From: Candidatus Eiseniibacteriota bacterium
GTDB taxonomy: Bacteria; Eisenbacteria; RBG-16-71-46; SZUA-252
Assembly: GCA_963703225.1 (NCBI GenBank)
Contig: OY969801.1
Span: 2,400,001-2,464,000 of the forward strand
Direction of reading: 5' to 3'
DNA length: 64,000 nucleotides
Below the pieces are notes generated by a model, which was not told where the DNA came from, ran no database searches, and saw nothing but the letters and a program-made list of their open reading frames with translations. This document shows, piece after piece, positions 61,032 through 64,000 of the stretch; positions within the stretch are counted from its first letter, which is position 1; every line of letters starts with the position of its first letter. A program made the translations under genes and the position numbers.

Positions 61032-61928
61032 CTAGCGCTCCTGTTTCTCCAACAAGATGACGCCGCCCCAGGGCGTCCCGGGGCGTTTTCCCTTCGAGTC
61101 GGGGAAGAGCGCGAACAGGCGCAATCCGAACGGGAGGCGGTTCTTCTTGGCGGCCCACTTCAACATCGAGCGGACGTCCACCGGACGCCAGCCGTGGGGC
61201 GTGAAGAAATCCGGGCCCTCCTCGGGGCTGAAGACGAGCGGCGCCCGCGCCTCCTCTAGCCGTTGGCCGATCTCCTTCATGAGAGTTTCCCGGAGCGCTC
61301 GCGACATCAGGTCGGTCGCCCAGCGCCGGAATCCAGCCGCCGACGCCAGGTCTTCGGCCAAGCCGGCGACCTGCTCGTTCGTGAGGTAGGAAATGAGCCC
61401 TTCGCTCAGGATGAGCGCGTTGCTCGACTCCCGACCCAATTGGGCAAAGAGCGGGCGCCGAGCCTCGCTGTCCGCCAAGTCGACGCGATATCGGCGCAGA
61501 TCGCACCGAGGCGTCTCCCCCGCGAGGATCCCCTCCTTGTAATCCAAGATCTCGGGCAGGTCGACTTCCACCCAGCGGAGCGAGGGCGGAAGCTCCATTC
61601 GGTAGGGCCGCGCGTCGAGGCCCGCCGCCAGGTTGATCACCATGTCCCCGCCCGACCGGACGTGATCGGCGATAAAGGTGTCGAACAGAAAGGTTCGGAT
61701 CGTGAACGGCCAATCCCCGGCGGCCCTCGCGCCAAGCCCCTCGGCGATCTCCTCTCCTCGATCTCCGGCAAGCCGCCGCGCCAGGGGATCCCGGAACAGA
61801 GCGTCCGGGCGTTCCGTCTCGCGCGCGCGATAGACCGCGACCCAGCGGGCGGTATCGGAAATATTCCGGATCAGGGGTTCTGCCGCGGCCACCGGCTGTA
61901 TGTCCTCTCCTACTTCGGCCACAACCAC
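61032..61928 (-). CDS. SAM-dependent methyltransferase (LCM/MT0146-like)
   Basis: DTARWVA..RA.E..R.DALF.DP.A, NLAAGLD.R.YR, EVDLP, EGL..YL; true start probably slightly downstream. Confidence 0.88.
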   Translation of the reverse strand: MVVAEVGEDIQPVAAAEPLIRNISDTARWVAVYRARETERPDALFRDPLARRLAGDRGEEIAEGLGARAAGDWPFTIRTFLFDTFIADHVRSGGDMVINLAAGLDARPYRMELPPSLRWVEVDLPEILDYKEGILAGETPRCDLRRYRVDLADSEARRPLFAQLGRESSNALILSEGLISYLTNEQVAGLAEDLASAAGFRRWATDLMSRALRETLMKEIGQRLEEARAPLVFSPEEGPDFFTPHGWRPVDVRSMLKWAAKKNRLPFGLRLFALFPDSKGKRPGTPWGGVILLEKQER

Positions 61929-62470
61929 CCGAATGCGCCTCCGGTCAGGCAGCCATAGACGAGCGCGTCAAACAGGCTGCGGAAGGTCGTCCCCCACGAG
62001 CGCTTGTACCAGATGGAGTGCTGGATCAGGGCCATCCCATAGCTCAGAAAAGCGGCGGTGCCGGCAAAGCGGAACGCCGCGAGATAGGGCGAGCCAGGCG
62101 GTAGGGCGCGGCCTGCGATGTAGGCCGAGAACGTGCCCACGAGGAGGCAATAGAGGAACCATTGAACCAGCTGGCCGACCATCGACGGCCGGCCGCTTGG
62201 CATGACGGTCATCATCACGACCGGCCCCTTGGCCCATTTCTCCTGGAACGCCGGATCGCGCATTTCCTTGCCACTCCCCGCGCAGGGAGCCAAGTAATCC
62301 CCCGGCGGGATGTTGAACTTCCGGAGCGCCTCCAAGACCTGGTCTTCGGATGGGAGCTTCTTGTAGTCGGCGCGGTGGTACCCCAGCATCATGTGGATGA
62401 TCGAGCTGACGGCGAAGACGAGAACAGCGGAAAGGAGAATCGGAAGCCACAGCGACATGATATGGACCAT
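61910..62470 (-). CDS. Conserved hypothetical membrane protein
   Basis: LWLPILLSA..VF..SSIIHM, PPG.Y..P, D...Y..LT...FGWLWP; RBS before ATG 62470. Confidence 0.75.
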   Translation of the reverse strand: MVHIMSLWLPILLSAVLVFAVSSIIHMMLGYHRADYKKLPSEDQVLEALRKFNIPPGDYLAPCAGSGKEMRDPAFQEKWAKGPVVMMTVMPSGRPSMVGQLVQWFLYCLLVGTFSAYIAGRALPPGSPYLAAFRFAGTAAFLSYGMALIQHSIWYKRSWGTTFRSLFDALVYGCLTGGAFGWLWPK

Positions 62471-62556
62471 ATGCCCCCCCTGTGGTTGACTCGCGCAGGA
62501 TAGCAGGCTGCGGGGTGGGGGAAACTGGAATTTAGGATCGCGACGGACCGGGGCCA

Positions 62557-63174
62557 ATGAGCGAATCCATAGAGAAGGAAACCGGCCGGGTCGAGGCGTT
62601 CAGCGACGGCGTGTTCGCCATCGCGATCACGCTGCTCGTCCTCGAGTTCAAGGTGCCCCATCCGCCGGATCACGGCTCCAACGCGGACCTCTTCCACGCC
62701 CTCCTCGGGCTCTGGCCCTCGCTCGTCGCATTCCTCGGGAGCTTCGCCGCGATCCTCATCATGTGGATCAACCACCACGGAATGTTCCGCATGATCCACA
62801 AGACCGACTCGCGATTCCTCTACGCGAACGGATTGTTGTTACTGACGGTCAGTTTCGTCCCATTCCCCACCGCCGTTCTCGCGGAGTACCTCGGTAAGAC
62901 GGCGGAGCACACGGCCGCGGCGTTCTACGTCGGCACGTATGTGGTCGCTTCCATCACTTGGAACCTGACGTGGGACGTGGCCTGCGCGCGGGGGCTTCTC
63001 AAGCGGAATGTTTCGGATTCCCAGGCGGCCAAGATACGGGGCTCGTACCGATTCGGATTTGCGTATTACGTTGTCTCCGCCCTGGTCGCGCTTTGGAGCG
63101 CGCCGCTCGGTCTCGCCCTCTGCCTGGCGCTCTGGATCTACTGGGCGACCCGGAGCTATCGGGCCGAGGGTTAG
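62557..63174 (+). CDS. TMEM175 family potassium channel (DUF1211)
   Basis: RVEAFSDGVFAIAITLLVL signature, W..HH..F, PFPT. Confidence 0.93.
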   Translation: MSESIEKETGRVEAFSDGVFAIAITLLVLEFKVPHPPDHGSNADLFHALLGLWPSLVAFLGSFAAILIMWINHHGMFRMIHKTDSRFLYANGLLLLTVSFVPFPTAVLAEYLGKTAEHTAAAFYVGTYVVASITWNLTWDVACARGLLKRNVSDSQAAKIRGSYRFGFAYYVVSALVALWSAPLGLALCLALWIYWATRSYRAEG

Positions 63175-63193
63175 GTCTGGCGCTCTTGGCGCG

Positions 63194-64000
63194 TTACTGC
63201 AGCACCACCAGCCGTCGCGACAGGCTCTTCCCGGCGGTCTCGAGCCGGTAGAAGTAGACCCCGGCCGCTAGCTTCGAAGCGGGAATCTCCGCCGAATGGC
63301 CCCCGGCATCCATCGTCGCGTCCACCGGCGTCATTAAGAGCCGCCCATCCACGTCAAAGAGACGAAGCACGACCCTCCCCCGAGCCGGTATGGAGTACTG
63401 AACGCTCAGGAATCCCGTCCCTGGGTTGGGCGCGTTCTGGCTTAGCGAGAACTGGATCTGCCCGCCCGAGGAGACCGGGGCCCCCGAAGCTCCATACCAC
63501 CCCATGTCGCCGAACGCCTGGATCGTGAGGTCCGGGTCGCTTGAGAGCGACGCGTTGATGGCGGGCTCCATGAGCAGATCGGGTGTCGCTCCCGTGTCCC
63601 AGTGGGAGACGGACGATCCCGATTGAAAGGGATTGGGCGCATACATCATGACCCGGCCGCTCGGGTTCGTCCCCGCATGTTTGGTGGGGTCCACGAGGAT
63701 TGTGGCGTTCTGACCCGTGAGGTTGGTGCGAAGGATATTGCCGTCGGCCTGCGTCACGCGGACGGACGGAATGGTGATCGTGGGATCGGTCCCACTCATG
63801 CCCACGGGCGGGCAACCGGCCACGCTGTCCGCAACGATCACCCCGATCGCGCCGGCATCTTGAGCATTCTTGACCTTGATCGTGAACGCGCAGCCGCCCC
63901 GGTCTAGGAGGACGATCTTTCCAGCAACCACGTTGATCAGCGGCTCGCATGCATTGGTTGCGACACCCACGCCGTCGTTGGCGAGGACCACGCCGCCGGC
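63194..64000 (-). CDS. Secreted PA-domain peptidase with C-terminal T9SS-A/FlgD-type domain (N-terminus beyond window)
   Basis: GKIVLLDRGGC.F..KV..AQ.AGA PA domain, GSSVSHWD, LMEP, and LSQNAPNP...FDVDGR...AGVYFYRL tail. Confidence 0.85.
   Translation of the reverse strand, partial: AGGVVLANDGVGVATNACEPLINVVAGKIVLLDRGGCAFTIKVKNAQDAGAIGVIVADSVAGCPPVGMSGTDPTITIPSVRVTQADGNILRTNLTGQNATILVDPTKHAGTNPSGRVMMYAPNPFQSGSSVSHWDTGATPDLLMEPAINASLSSDPDLTIQAFGDMGWYGASGAPVSSGGQIQFSLSQNAPNPGTGFLSVQYSIPARGRVVLRLFDVDGRLLMTPVDATMDAGGHSAEIPASKLAAGVYFYRLETAGKSLSRRLVVLQ

Overview
High-GC bacterial chromosomal window of mostly housekeeping and accessory metabolic genes. It contains no rRNA, tRNA, CRISPR array or recognisable mobile element. 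The C-terminal T9SS/FlgD-type sorting domain, the Ser/Thr kinase-propeller proteins and the Ccm gene order suggest an FCB-related candidate lineage such as Ca. Eisenbacteria (inference only). In order, the window holds: a 2-oxoacid dehydrogenase operon with an embedded thioesterase, lipB and aspA; two OMP beta-barrel paralogs; a ferritin-like / ArsS-like radical SAM / degenerate metallophosphoesterase / MFS operon with a divergent TrxR-type FNR; a Tat-signal TldD plus PmbA; PolX-PHP coupled to a gluzincin; nth, queG, MutT, yceI, trxB and ETF-QO; a variant cytochrome c maturation operon (CxxxY CcmE, Cys-rich CcmH, unknown accessory gene); the glyoxylate shunt aceBA with a divergent RamB/ScfR regulator; a truncated-globin-like lipoprotein lacking the heme His; Omp85, DUF748 and an ABC exporter; two kinases with SPT-repeat-expanded activation loops; and TMEM175. 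Several genes carry clustered frameshifts that look like sequencing errors. The best candidates for undescribed biology are the radical SAM operon (6.8-11.4 kb), the His-less globin lipoprotein, the kinase activation-loop repeats, and an unannotated 44-aa membrane peptide behind a sigma-28-like promoter. All family assignments come from motif recognition by eye; no searches were run.
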